Assembly: GCA_964187785.1 (NCBI GenBank)
Contig: OZ076410.1
Span: 69,378,001-69,442,000, forward strand
DNA: 64,000 bases
Direction: 5' to 3'
Source: Amphiscolops sp. MND2022
Lineage: Eukaryota
The notes beneath the pieces are model-generated. The model saw only the letters and a list, made by a program, of their open reading frames with translations. It made no database searches and was not told the origin of the DNA. Both the position numbers and the translations under genes were made by a program. Each line of letters starts with the position of its first letter. Position 1 is the stretch's first letter. Positions 11,392 through 23,289 of this stretch are shown here, piece by piece.

Positions 11392-13518
11392 TCAAGGCAG
11401 TGGCGTTGAACTGTGACGACGGGCGAGTTGGGGCATCAGTTGGTGGCGATCGAAATGGTTGTTGTTGGTTGAGTTCTGTTCCACGAGTAGCATTGAAGTT
11501 GTTTCGGCTTGATACCTGGTAAGGCTGAGATCGGGCATGTGGTTGGTTAAAGGCTTCATGAAGTGTAGTGTGATGGAGTGCACATCGCGTTTGGAACATC
11601 GATTTTTGGACGGACACGAAGATTTCATGTGATCTTTACCTAGGCAGTTAATGCAAAGGTTGTGATTTTTGACGAAGTTGAAACGCTGCTTTGGAGTGGC
11701 TTCACGGTATTTCGGGCAACTGAATGCATAGTCTTCAAGACTACAGAATGGACAAGATGGTAAGTGTTTTCTTTGGGTTGTTGGATTCCGATGGGTATCT
11801 CGGGACGAGAAACCACCACGATCAGATGCTTCGGATTTAAAGAAGAAGCTTGAGTTTTTGATGAGGACGGCAGGTTGAGTTTGTCTTACACTGCAGCTTG
11901 TCGTTCCAGCCACATTTGGAAATGAAGTAGACTGGGCTTGGCAATTGCCTTCTGGATGGTGTATTCAGTCCACTCTACGAGAAGTGGTTGAGGGAGTTTG
12001 TATTTGGCTAAGCGAAGGACAGTGCAAGACGTTAAGTCAGAGGAAACACCAAGATAAGAGAAGATTCGAAGGAATTCTTTGATGAACGTGTTGAAGGCAT
12101 TGATGGATTTTGTGGCGTTCAAGGAAATTGTGGGTAGGATTCAAGCTTTGTGATGTATGACGCGACGATATAGTCGGCGTCGCCAAACCGTTTCTCGACA
12201 TCAGCAAGTGCTGTTGCCTAGAAGGTGGGGTTATAAGAATAACCTTTGATTATGTCTTTGGCTGGACCACTAACTGAATTTTGGAGATAGGTTATTCGGT
12301 GAGTGTCTGTGACAGACAAGTTGCTATGGACTGTTGCCTTGAAAGTGTTAATCCAATCATGGTATTGAAAGGGATCACCGTCAAACATGGGCAACTGCAG
12401 AGGCGGAAAATTAATTGCTGGTGGTTGGGTATGTGTTGGAATGTAGGTTGACGGCTGGAAAGTTGGAATATAGGTGGAAGCGTTCGGACGCGAGCAAGCA
12501 TCGATTGTTGCTAATATAGCATTGGTTGGAATGGGATGGGATGTTGCGGCAAAAGATGTTGCAGTAGTAGTGGAGGGAGGAGGGAACGGCTGTGGGTCAG
12601 GAAACGGGGCGAAAGGTTTCCGGCAAAGACCGCTTTTGTAGTTGTAAGGTGAAGGTGTACGTCAAAATTGCGTTACACAAACGCGAAATTTGAAACGGTG
12701 GAAGAGACGGCGTGCGACAGTTGCTGTTGAGAGACGAATTGAAGTTGGTTGAACTGTAATAACGTGACGGGCAGAAAATTGTTGGGAGTTTGCAGGGGCT
12801 GGTTAAACGCCTGGTACAAGTTGGGTACGCGAGACACGAGAAACTGCACGGATGGTTGAGTGGCAGCAAGACATGAGGTGTGCGGTACTGGAAAAGAATT
12901 CGTGTTAATCAAATTGGATTGAGTTTCGAGTTGCGTACGTTGAGGGGCCAGACTGTCGAACGGCAGCTGAATAAGAGATGCGGGATTCGGTGGAACGGGA
13001 TATGTATTTTCTGCAAAAGGGTGAGCTTCGGAACGATCATCGTTTTTGAAAGGATGCACTGCTGAGTTTTGGCGGCGAGTCTGAGGAAAAACAGGCGGTA
13101 CGCTTGTTGGCAAGGTGCCAAACGGAATACCACAAGTGACAATGGGTGTCGGCTCACTCGAACAAAGTGTGACTGCTGGAGTAGTGGAGGCTTCCACTAC
13201 CGACGGGAGCTGGCATGCAACTGTCGGAAAGACAGAACCTGCTGTTTGATCAAAAGTTAACGGCGGTTGCTGTTGTGACTGACTCAGTGGAGGTGATATT
13301 GGTGGGAAGTCAATATATTCGTTACAGAAGTGTTGATGGAACTGGCGGCTGGCGGCACTGCTGCTTCGGGTTGGTAGTCGATGATGGTCTGTTTCTTCCA
13401 GAGAAACTTGGAGTTCAGCGTGCTCGAACTCACTTGAGATTCGAGAAATACTCTCGAAAAGAGTTTCCAAAGCGTCGTTGGCGAGGAAACCTGTCAGCTG
13501 AGGGGTAACGTCTGTCAA
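11392..13518 (-). pseudogene. BEL/Pao gag region
   Basis: P/Q/S/T-rich N-terminal ORF 12673-13518, KLPQPLLVEWTEY...FQMWLERQA core, CPFC and CINC...H...C knuckles. Confidence 0.8.
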
Positions 13519-15142
13519 TTGCTGGTGTCGATGAGAACAGGAACTGGTTGGTTGTCAAGAACATTCCGCAGATTTTAGTGTGTTCTCAAACAACCGCTCT
13601 TCCAGTCGGAAGCCATTGAGGAAAGTTTGTTCCATTTGATTTTCCGTTCTGGTTGTTTAAATTGGAGCAAAGAAATTGTCAGCTTTGATGCACTGCGGGT
13701 TGTTGTTGTTGTTTCTAGAAAGGCTGGCTGAACCTTTTCACTGGAGCTCTGCTGCGTTGACACACAGAATGGTAAGAGAAAACTTACGAACCAGAACACT
13801 GTGCGATTCGCAACCACGGCGGTAAAGAATAAAATAAGAGAGATGAATGGTAGTTGAATGCGCTAGTTGAACCTAGTGGAATCACTGTATTGAGCAACGA
13901 AGAAGACTGACCGAGCGAACTGCAAGGAAGTTGACAAAACAAACTGAAAAGTCCTAAAAGACAGAACGAAACGGCGATTTTGTTTTATTTACATGTTCAG
14001 GACGCAGCTGGATCCAACTGGACGAAAACTGGACGAAGCTAGTCCTAAACTCAGTGATGAAAAAGTAAAACAAACTTTCGGTCGGCGTCGGAAAAGATGA
14101 GTTCTTTTGAGCCCCTAAGCAAAAAAGATCTTGTAAAGTGCTTACGTTACTTTTTGTGTTTTATATTTTTTCACACCGCTCTCGTTTTAGTGAGGGTGCG
14201 CTACTCGAAAAGGCAAAACCAAAAGAAAGACAACAAGTTTTCCTAAAAGTGAACTTGTTTTTTCTTGGTTGTTTTTCTCCTAGCACCATCTTCAGTGAAG
14301 CAAGTGTAAAGGTGAAAAAAGAAGAAAGGTTGAAGAAGTTGATTCTGGGTAGACGAAACGTTGGAAGCTAGAAGCTGTCTTTGCCATCGAAAAAACTGCT
14401 GAAGAGGGTTTTGACTTTAAGTTGAAGCGATCTTTTTGTACAAAACAGAGAGGGCAAACGAGGATTGATTTCTTTTTGCTCAAGAAATTGGAACACACTA
14501 ACAGTCGATGAGGGTGCAGAAAGCAGCAAAAAAGACTCGGCGTTGACGGTTGGATAAAGATTTGTAGGACCGCCAAAATTTAAAAGATTGACTTCTTTTA
14601 CTTCAATTGAGTTCAATGTCAATGTACTACAATTCCACTCAAAACTTGAATTAGTCACGAAAACATTTAGAACTTTTAATTGAAAGTATTTCAGTTGCTG
14701 ATGAGTCACGTCAGTGACACCAATTTGTTGCAACTCACTTCAATCACTTTATAATCTTCAAAGTAGCGTCATACTCCGCGTAGAATTCGAGAAACGGCGA
14801 TTACAAAAATTGAATAGTTGAAAATTAGGCGTGCATACGTGAAGAAGTTGCAACATTTTTATTTTTAATTGAAACTAGTGGAAGCTGTTCATGTAATTCT
14901 TTAAACTCTTTCAAGGCTCCCGCACTTTCCCATGTTTTTTATTTCAACAAATGAGCATTACATGCAAGTAAGCAATGTCGAAAAATCCCCAGCATATTCA
15001 AGTATTTTTGCAAGACGATGTGTTTTCATTCCCGCTCAAAGCTCCATCTTTGAGTTATCAAACCCCAATAACACTTTGTTGTGGAAAACATTTTCTTCCC
15101 ACTTTTTTGCAGTATACATGGTTTCTATTTTGATCATCTCAA

Positions 15143-15143
<1 letters not shown>

Positions 15144-15178
<35 letters not shown>
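15144..15178. repeat. (CT)n microsatellite
   Basis: Read directly from sequence. Confidence 0.95.
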
Positions 15179-16702
15179 CGATTTTGAGTCTTGAACCTTG
15201 TCACAGCTCCTTAGCTGTACCGAATCCGGAGCGCAATCACACTTGTGGAGATCGGGAGGCCGGCAAGGTGATCCATCGACTCTTTCGTATGATAAATTGT
15301 TTCATTAAGATCTAAATTCAAAGCATTTGCATGTTTTGCTTTAATCTCAGGAAACTTTATGTAAAACTGTCATTGGTATGAAACGGCACCCTCTGGTACA
15401 TGCTTGAACATGTTTAGAATTTCGATGAGAATTCTAATCCGTAATTTGACGTGGCACTGAGCATGTGATTGTTTTTTTCACTGTTCCTACGAAAATGGCA
15501 AGTACCTGGAAAACAAAAAGCGTGACCATGCAAGAACACGAAAAAGCCAACAAAAACACCCAGACTATGTGAGAATTCCTGCGGAAAACCCTTTTGCAGG
15601 TGCTAAAACCCGGTTTTTCTCGATTTCAGCAGTGTGCTACCTTGAGTAGCAAAAACCGCAAAAATTGTCTGTTTTACGAATTTGTGCCTTTGGTGTCCCA
15701 GCTTAAGAGTTGAAGGTGGATATTGCCAAATAATTGCGGTGGAAGAGATTATTGCACATTGTTGTGAATTTATATCCAAATTGGCCATTTTAAACTTTAT
15801 TCCGCAAATCACCATGAATGACAAAAGTTTACAATATTTCTTTCTGGAACGTTTGTAAAGGTTGTCTATGTGGTGATTATGAAGAGAAAAGGCATACTTT
15901 ACATTACTAACAGAAACTACAGACTGGAAAAGGTCGGAAAGTGCTCCTTAGAGGCGTGACCTCCCACTGACTGGACATTTTCTACCTCAGACGGCAAAAT
16001 GGACTTGTGGCTTTTGGCGCCTGCCACAGGCACATACCCTTGTCATAGGTTCCTCCAACTTCACCGACGGTGAAGCGATGGTGAATGCCTGCCGTTACAT
16101 GAAAACATCCAATATTTGGCGACCGCAGAGAGACCGCTCCGGACTACTTCCCTTAACGGTTTTATTAGAGCCGAATCTCTGATGATTGACGCCATGAACG
16201 ACATGGCGGAAAACGTTTCTCAAGTGTTTTTTGGCACATTTCGAATGTTTGATTCTATTGACAGGTGTTCTGACCGTTTTTCAGACACTTTCCCTAATTC
16301 GATGGTTAAATATGAGTTTAAGATATTTTTTGACAGGTATCGTCAGAAACTGCAAGGTTTCCAACAGCTGGTCCTTTTTGTGAAACGAAGTTGACAGTAG
16401 CATGTGCTTAACCAGTTTCACCGATCAATCTAGCTACTTTCAACGATTTCTGGCATTTATTAGAGGGGTAGTTGATGGATGCGCCATTTTCCACCCAACC
16501 GATAGATGGGCTGAAGTGAGTGTTCCCGACTGATTCTCCCCCATCAATTCTCGAAGTCCTACAGGAATGGTTTGGTGGAAAGTTAGGAGCAAATATTCAC
16601 GTTGCGGACGGTTCCAACCGCTCACGTTCGGTGGTTTGGATGTTGAGAAAAGGCACTAGTCACAGCAGTTCATCAGACGCATTTTGTTGTTTTGTCTAAA
16701 AA

Positions 16703-17813
16703 CTGTCACAGGAAAAGTGCGGCAAAGTAATGTATTTACCTCTCCCGTGCTGTTATGAGATAGGGACACGCTCCACAGCACATAAAAGACGGTTTGAGCA
16801 GGTTTGTTGTCTACTTATCGAGAAAAACATGTAAAAAACTTTGATTTTTGGCAAGTTTCAAGAATTTCCGAGTACACCATTAAAACTTCAATGACAATCA
16901 ACGTTTTGATTAGCTGGGAGTTTTTCTCATTTTCTGTTTCCGTAGTGAGAACCATGTGTGGAGGAAGAAAATGCGTTTAAACTTTCCTTTTCACTACTGA
17001 GAAATGTAACCAGACGCACCGGAAAACACTATTTTCTCAATAATCCAGACTTTTCGAAGCGGCAGGAGGTCGATTCCCACTTTTCCTTTAAAGTGGATTG
17101 AAGCCGAATGACGAGTCCCGAGGAAGCCTACCTTATTCGAATTTCCCCGCTTCAGAAAGGAAGCCGAATTGAACATGGTGTGAATTCACGCGCGAGGTTT
17201 TTCCCGAGTGTCTAGCGTAAAGTGTAAACACCTGGATCGGGATTAGGAAAGGACACAATTTGATTTTCCGATCCTGAGTATAACCGATCTTAAGAAGCGA
17301 GTTTTGCTCAATAATTTTCAATCTAATCAGTTTTGAATTTCCAGTATTATCTCATCTTCGTTCTTTATTTGTACCTCGTTACTTGAAATCAACGCTTTGC
17401 CAGTTGACAGACTGAATTGCTTTTATGGATTTGGAGAGAATTATTCAATTAATTAAATCAATATTTAAAATATTGGTTGTCTCAAGATCATGCCAGAAAA
17501 GTTTCATAAACCCAATTTGAGAATTGACCCTTCTAATAGCCAATCTGACATAGAAGTCGCAAGTTCCTCTAACGAAGAAAATCTACACCTCTCAGAGCAC
17601 GATTTTGAGGATATTTCTAACAAAACTGAAAACAAAGTAAAGTCTCAAAGCGTTTGTGTGAAGCTGAATTCGGTCAAAGAGATATTTTAGGACTGATTGA
17701 GACGTTGTTTTCTAAAATTGATAATTTGTCCAGTACTTCGTCTGAACAGGGTTAGAATTGAACATAACGAGATCATGCCGTGCGAAATAGTGAAAACTAG
17801 TTCACCTAGTAAC
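16703..17813 (+). repeat. Element C: LTR remnant/solo LTR of the element E subfamily
   Basis: 17185-17270 (ttcacgcgcgagg...cccgagtgtctagcg...cgggattagg) matches the reverse complement of 59460-59540; 17650-17750 encodes EFGQRDILGLIETLFSKID, similar to LGLIEIFLSKV in E. Ends (TGTCACAGG at 16703, agtaacg near 17813) are tentative. Confidence 0.6.
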
Positions 17814-17935
17814 GGGAACTCCAAGAAACAGAAAGTACATGTGAGCCACACGCTTGTGAAATTTCGTTTTTCTGAGAAAAGACAACTTAACTGCTCTTTG
17901 GAAAGCAATTAAAGTGAAAGGAGACACATATATGT

Positions 17936-18700
17936 TGTCGCAGGGCTATCCATGCGACATGTCCGGAGTGCAAGATAATTGAAGTAGTCAACGCCAGCAT
18001 CATGATGAATTTACACGTACTCGTGCTTGTAATTTGTACTGTAATATGCGGTTTGTATAATACAGCATTTGCAGTAATAACAGCACATGCGGTATTTTTG
18101 TCAAAACCGCATATGCGGAATTTCTGATAAAACAGTATACGCAGTATTATGAGTGAAACAGCTTTTGCGGAAAGTTCTTTTAAACAGCTTGTTTAATCTG
18201 GAAAACAGCCTTTTGAATACCAGCGAGATAGAGCTATCGTGATATACTGAATTTTGCTGGTTTTTTTATAAAGCAGCAAATGCGGAATTATATTTGTAAA
18301 CAGCATGATTTATTCATTATTCCGCATTAATCCGCCGCTACCACAGCGCTACTATTAGACAATCTAGGGATGTGATGTAATGATTTATTTTTAGTTTATG
18401 ACCCTAGAAAGAACAGCTTTTGATGATTTTAGGATGAAACTGACGGTCATGCTACTAAAAATAACACCCAAAAAATCATTTTAGAGGAGATCTTCAAAAT
18501 CAATTTTCTCCCGCAATCATTCAACAAAAACCACTCCTACGAGACAGTCACTCCCACAAGACACTCACTCCTGGTTTGCAAAACAATCGCGCAGTTTCTA
18601 TAATTTACAGTTCTCTTTCCTGTAAAATATCTCCAGTTTTATTTCACCCAGTATCTTTGTATTTCACGATCCAAACCAAAGGTACCAAGAAGATATATTC
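17936..18700 (+). repeat. Partial 5' LTR of element D (LTR 3' end and PBS deleted)
   Basis: Homologous to the F LTR (start, AAACAGCAT/ATGCGG motifs at ~18050-18340, tgaccctagaaa); runs into gag near 18720 with no TGGTGACAGG. Confidence 0.75.
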
Positions 18701-18718
18701 GAAAAACTATTACATTCG

Positions 18719-21700
18719 TTGCAAGCGGCAACACGGCAAAACTCGGGTTACCCCAGGCTCGCTAAAGCCATATCCTCCACAATGCCAACCTTCGACGGCA
18801 AAACGGACAAATTCCAGCACTTTGAGGATCTCTTCCAAACCAGCCTCAAAGTATACCCGAATATCACAGAAGAGGAAAAGATCCACTACTTCCACTCTCT
18901 GCTCAGGGCCGAGAACCTCCAGCGTTTAGAAACATGACGTATGCGACTCGTAGCCAGCTTAATGGCATCCTCGCATGTTTCCGCCGCAGATACGTCGAAC
19001 AACAATCCGTAGTAACAGCACCTTGCAAATGGGAGAATCTGTCATTTTATCCTAGCCAGCAAACCTTTCCCGATTTCCTCGAGCAATATCAGAAACTTGC
19101 CCAAGAAGCGTACGGAGAAGAAGCACCCAGATTCAAGTCCACCTGGAGACCGCATCCTACGAAACGATGGTCCAGCATCTCGAAAGAGGAATGAAATTGA
19201 ATCTTTACGATACATGTCCCGCAAAAGTGGAAAGTGATCACTTGGTGTAAATAGTTTTTTGGGTAAAATAGTCAATTACTGTAAATTTGTCAAAGACTGT
19301 AGTAATCCATTAGTGTAGTCGTGCAGCAAAGTGTAATGTGAACGCGGTGAATTCCAGTCAAAATGCGTAGTTAGTAAATGGTGTAAAACAGTCAAAATTT
19401 ACAAGCTAATTTAGTAAGGTGTAAGTTAGTCAAAGTTTGAGAAACTTTCACTTTTAATGAGTCTTCATTTACAAAACTACCGAAAAGTGTAAATTAGTCA
19501 AAGTTTGACTAGCTTACGGCAATTTATTAGTTACTTCAAACACATCATTTTACATTTAATAGTTGCTTGGCGTTTAATTACTTCGACTAAATCACACATT
19601 AACTTTGACTGAATTACGCGATTAAACAATTACCGCATACGAACATTAACAAATACATACAAACACCAAAGTTTACATTGTATGACACATGCACGCAAAA
19701 GAATTCTAGCCATTTAGTGTAACTAACTAATTAGGTCCATTTAGAGTTTAATGATATGAACTAATTGCTTACTGACCATGCCAGTAAGCAAAACGTTCAA
19801 ACATAAACTGGACCACGTGTTCATGTTCCTACACACCACAGGGTTGAAGTTTTGTTAGTTAGATGTATTTACAATTTTTGAGACCCTTCACAAGCCACGT
19901 TCTCGGCGTGGGTCTTGTTATGGGCGACACTATTTGATCCACTAACTGAGAGCCTCTTTAAAACTAAATTATACTGGGCAAAAGTAATTTTTCGTTGAGA
20001 TTTGTAATCTCAGCAGTTATTTGTGCCCGACAAAGTTGATGGAAACAGTTTCGCAAAGCAAAAATTGTTGACGAGAAAGTTTAGGTGGTCACGAAATTAC
20101 AAATAAACTTTCTACCGGGTTATCAGTTTTCTTTTTATGGTAAATGAAAGTATTTTCAGTTTCATGTTATTTGAAGCGAAAAGGCTTGAAAACCAAATTT
20201 TTGATCAGTTACTGTGATACTAATTATATGCATGTATACACTTCATATGCACTTAATCAAACTGATCATGACAGTAAGCAAAATTTTCAAACATAAACTT
20301 TATGGTTTAGATTTTGGTGATTACTGAAACACTAACGCATTGGAGTGAAGCATTGTAATAATACACGCGTGATTGTAATGCTGTTTAAAATGCAATCGTT
20401 ATTTAGACTGTTAAAATATTGTACATTTCAATTACAAAATATTATACAATTCAAGTTGAACAGTCAGAGAAACGAAAGATAAATTTGTGTGAGTATAAAT
20501 ATGTTTGCAATGCAACGGCATGTTGGGGATGGTGGCGCAGTTAAGATTTCATTTGTGTATGAAGTGAAGTTAGCACCGCTGTCTACCGCCGGATCGATCC
20601 CCTAACATACGCACTGCTTGGTGACTCTATACAGACCACTCTGTATTACACTGCATTCAATGATGATGTTATTTTACTTCAACTAATACATTAACGCATT
20701 GGATCACTCGTAATCACAACACGTTGATTTTTCATTGAGATTACTCTCTGAATATAATTCTCTTTTCTCTGAAAATCTCTATTATCTGAAACAACTTGCA
20801 AGCACACTTTCAGGGGATAAAAATACTTATAGTGAAATAATACTAAATTTGGAATTTTATAAAATTATAAAATCGTTCAAAATTACCACTTTTAATTTAT
20901 CAGAGACAGCAGAAAGTAGTTTTGAGTCATGAAAACTTTCTGAGTTGAATCAATTTTGAATTTCCCTGTTAACTGGGATCGTTTTCTTTCGATAATCACA
21001 CATTATGTGGGTCCTTGAAGATGTGATCTTGAAGATGAGATATGTGGGTATTTCTGGGAGTTTCAGTTTTTCTCGGAAATGAAGCTTTTTTTCTTCTGCA
21101 TTCAGGACGATCCATTTCACATACTTTCTGGCTGTTTTCCTCAAACAAACAAAACATCACTACTTGTCAAAACTTCCAATACTTTGTTATTCTTTCTAAA
21201 AGTTATTCATAATCTTTGAACACTTTCAAAACTAGTTTCAACATCAAACCTCTAACTGTTTTGAAATTAAATGAATTGAAAAAAAAATATGATTTCCTCG
21301 AAGAAAAAACTAACCTAATTTTCCTAAGCTCATTTGAACTAAGTGCTAACTGATCACGTCAGGAAGCAAAATTTTCGACCGTTACTTTAAAGATTTGATC
21401 GAACTGCTCACTGATCATGCCAGTAAGCAAAATTTGTAAGATGAAAGTTTTTGATTTCAATTCTCGTGATTGAATTCAAATCACTCAGAATTCAATACTA
21501 ATCATCATTGAATCAATACCGATGTTTTCCGACAAATACTGAAATATCTAGCAAGTGAATGTGATCCATTGCAATCTTCACAACAATGTTTATAAAACCA
21601 TCTTTAATATAGGTAAACCAATGACTCACAAAACGCATAAAATAGTCAAGTTCATTACTCTGCTACACTATTTGACTAATTTACACCACGTAATTAAGAA

Positions 21701-22191
21701 GACGGCGTAAATCAGTCAAAATGCATAGTGGAAAATTGCGTAATTTTGTCAAAGTGCGTAGTACTGCATAAGTGCATAATGCAGTCAATTAGTGTGAAGT
21801 TATGGACCGGAAAATAGTGTAAACCAGTCATTTAGTGAATTTTAGTCATTCAGGGCAATTAATTATCACTTGGTGTAATAGGAGAAAAGTGTAAAACTCT
21901 ATTTATAATAATAACTCACTGTGATTGGTTCTTTATGCAAGTCGCAAGATCTGGGAATTTCCTTGCGGGGATATGTATCGTAATGATGGACTCGCAAACC
22001 GCGAGACGACTTCACTCACGGGCATCAACAATTTTAGACAAGCAGCCAACGCGAGCCAAGAGCGAACACAAAAAGTAACTGGCCCATGCTTCGGATGCGG
22101 CCACCCAAGTTACCTTCTCCGTAACTGCAGGAAAACCAACCGAGTTAAACGTATGCAGAAAACAAAAGGCTCTACCATAGCAACCCTTTAA
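18719..22191 (+). pseudogene. gag: gag of element D, split by a TIR element
   Basis: MPTFDGKTDKFQHFEDLFQTSLK...FPDFLEQYQKLAQEAYG; ETMVQHLERGMKLN at 19202 resumes as NGL at 21986; decayed knuckle CFGCGHPSYLLRNC. Confidence 0.85.
19203..21985. mobile_element. Non-autonomous DNA transposon with terminal inverted repeats (2783 bp)
   Basis: Left end CTTTACGATACATGTCCCGCAA; right end reverse complement CATTACGATACATATCCCCGCAA; flanked by AT on both sides; removal restores gag TTG AAT GGA CTC; subterminal GTGTAA/AGTCAA motif arrays; no long ORF. Confidence 0.85.
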
Positions 22192-23289
22192 GAAACATGT
22201 TTCAAAATGAGCAACGAGACCATTGACTGCTTTTCCGGAGCTAACTGGGCAAACCACCCAACATGGCCAAAAACCACCCCACCAAAGAATATTCCCATCC
22301 CTCTCCAGCAAACCCATGAAACCACCCAGCAGCCACAAACAGTGGCACCACAAACCCAACAGCCAAAAAACTTCTAAAACCACGTCTTCACTTCGGGGAC
22401 TATGCAGACTTCAGATTTTACACCACATCTGAGTCACCAAAGGAGTTTCATAAAAAAATGTTCATGGAGTGTTTCGGAGAACCATCAACCGACTGGCAGC
22501 GGGGATGGCTCATCAGACGACTCATCAAATTCACCAAGAACACAATAGACAAACTCCCCACTCAGACTGGTATGTCGAAAAGCCTACTATCTACAACCCC
22601 ACTACCCCTGAAACTTACATCAATGACCCTTACTTCGACGGTGACTCGTACCACAAACCAACGATCTACGACAATGAACAACTCGTCTTTAAACAAACCA
22701 TAATTGTGCCTTTTCACGAATTCGCAAAATGAACCAACATGTATCTCTCCACGACTGGAAAACAAAAAGACGACACAAGTCATGCTACCGTACACCAGAC
22801 TGATGAAGAACATGACACCGAAAAATTAGTGTTTGTAGCACCACCAACAAAGAACATCAAACCAATTATTAAACACAGCCACAAACAATCAAGGACTGGT
22901 TTCTAGTCCCCCCAGAAACTCGAAACTCCCCGCTACAACGAACGAGATCCGGGCAGCCGTGACATCATCCACATCCAGCCCAGAGGGGTCCCGAACACAA
23001 ATACCCTCAAAAACCAGCCCCCAAGGACATCAATGAAGATGGGGACAAACCTGAAAAGACCCAATTGTCAACATCATTACGTGCCCGTCGAAATAAACCA
23101 GCCCTCACGTGCGATCTGAACAGCACAACTCAAGCGAATCACCAAAAAGATGACACAGATACCAAAGAAGAAGTTCAATCTCCCAGTCATCACACGACAG
23201 CAAGGATAGCTCCACACCAATCAACAACTCAATGAGTTCGCCAACACAAGCCCAAACTCAAACGAAAAATGCGTCCCAGTTTTTGCAGC

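Larger units (their letters stand above)
7771..13518 (-). mobile_element. Element B: decayed BEL/Pao LTR retrotransposon (gag-PR-RT-RH-IN); LTRs not identified
   Basis: BEL-type Cys-His cluster (CINCLGKDHMKSSCPSKNRC), protease remnant FNPGSTGTYI, RT ADIESMFLQV and FGANCSP, RNase H QLHVFTDAS (~9560-9595), integrase GIDLFGPF/SDNGSN/PPFAPHFVGVWER, C-terminal LTPNHLL...WRLGRIVSLHPGPDG. Many stops and frameshifts. Confidence 0.9.

Noticed and set aside
14270-14300. PBS of the BEL element (TGGTGCTAGGAG on -)
   Set aside because: No adjacent CA end and no second LTR copy found to support it.
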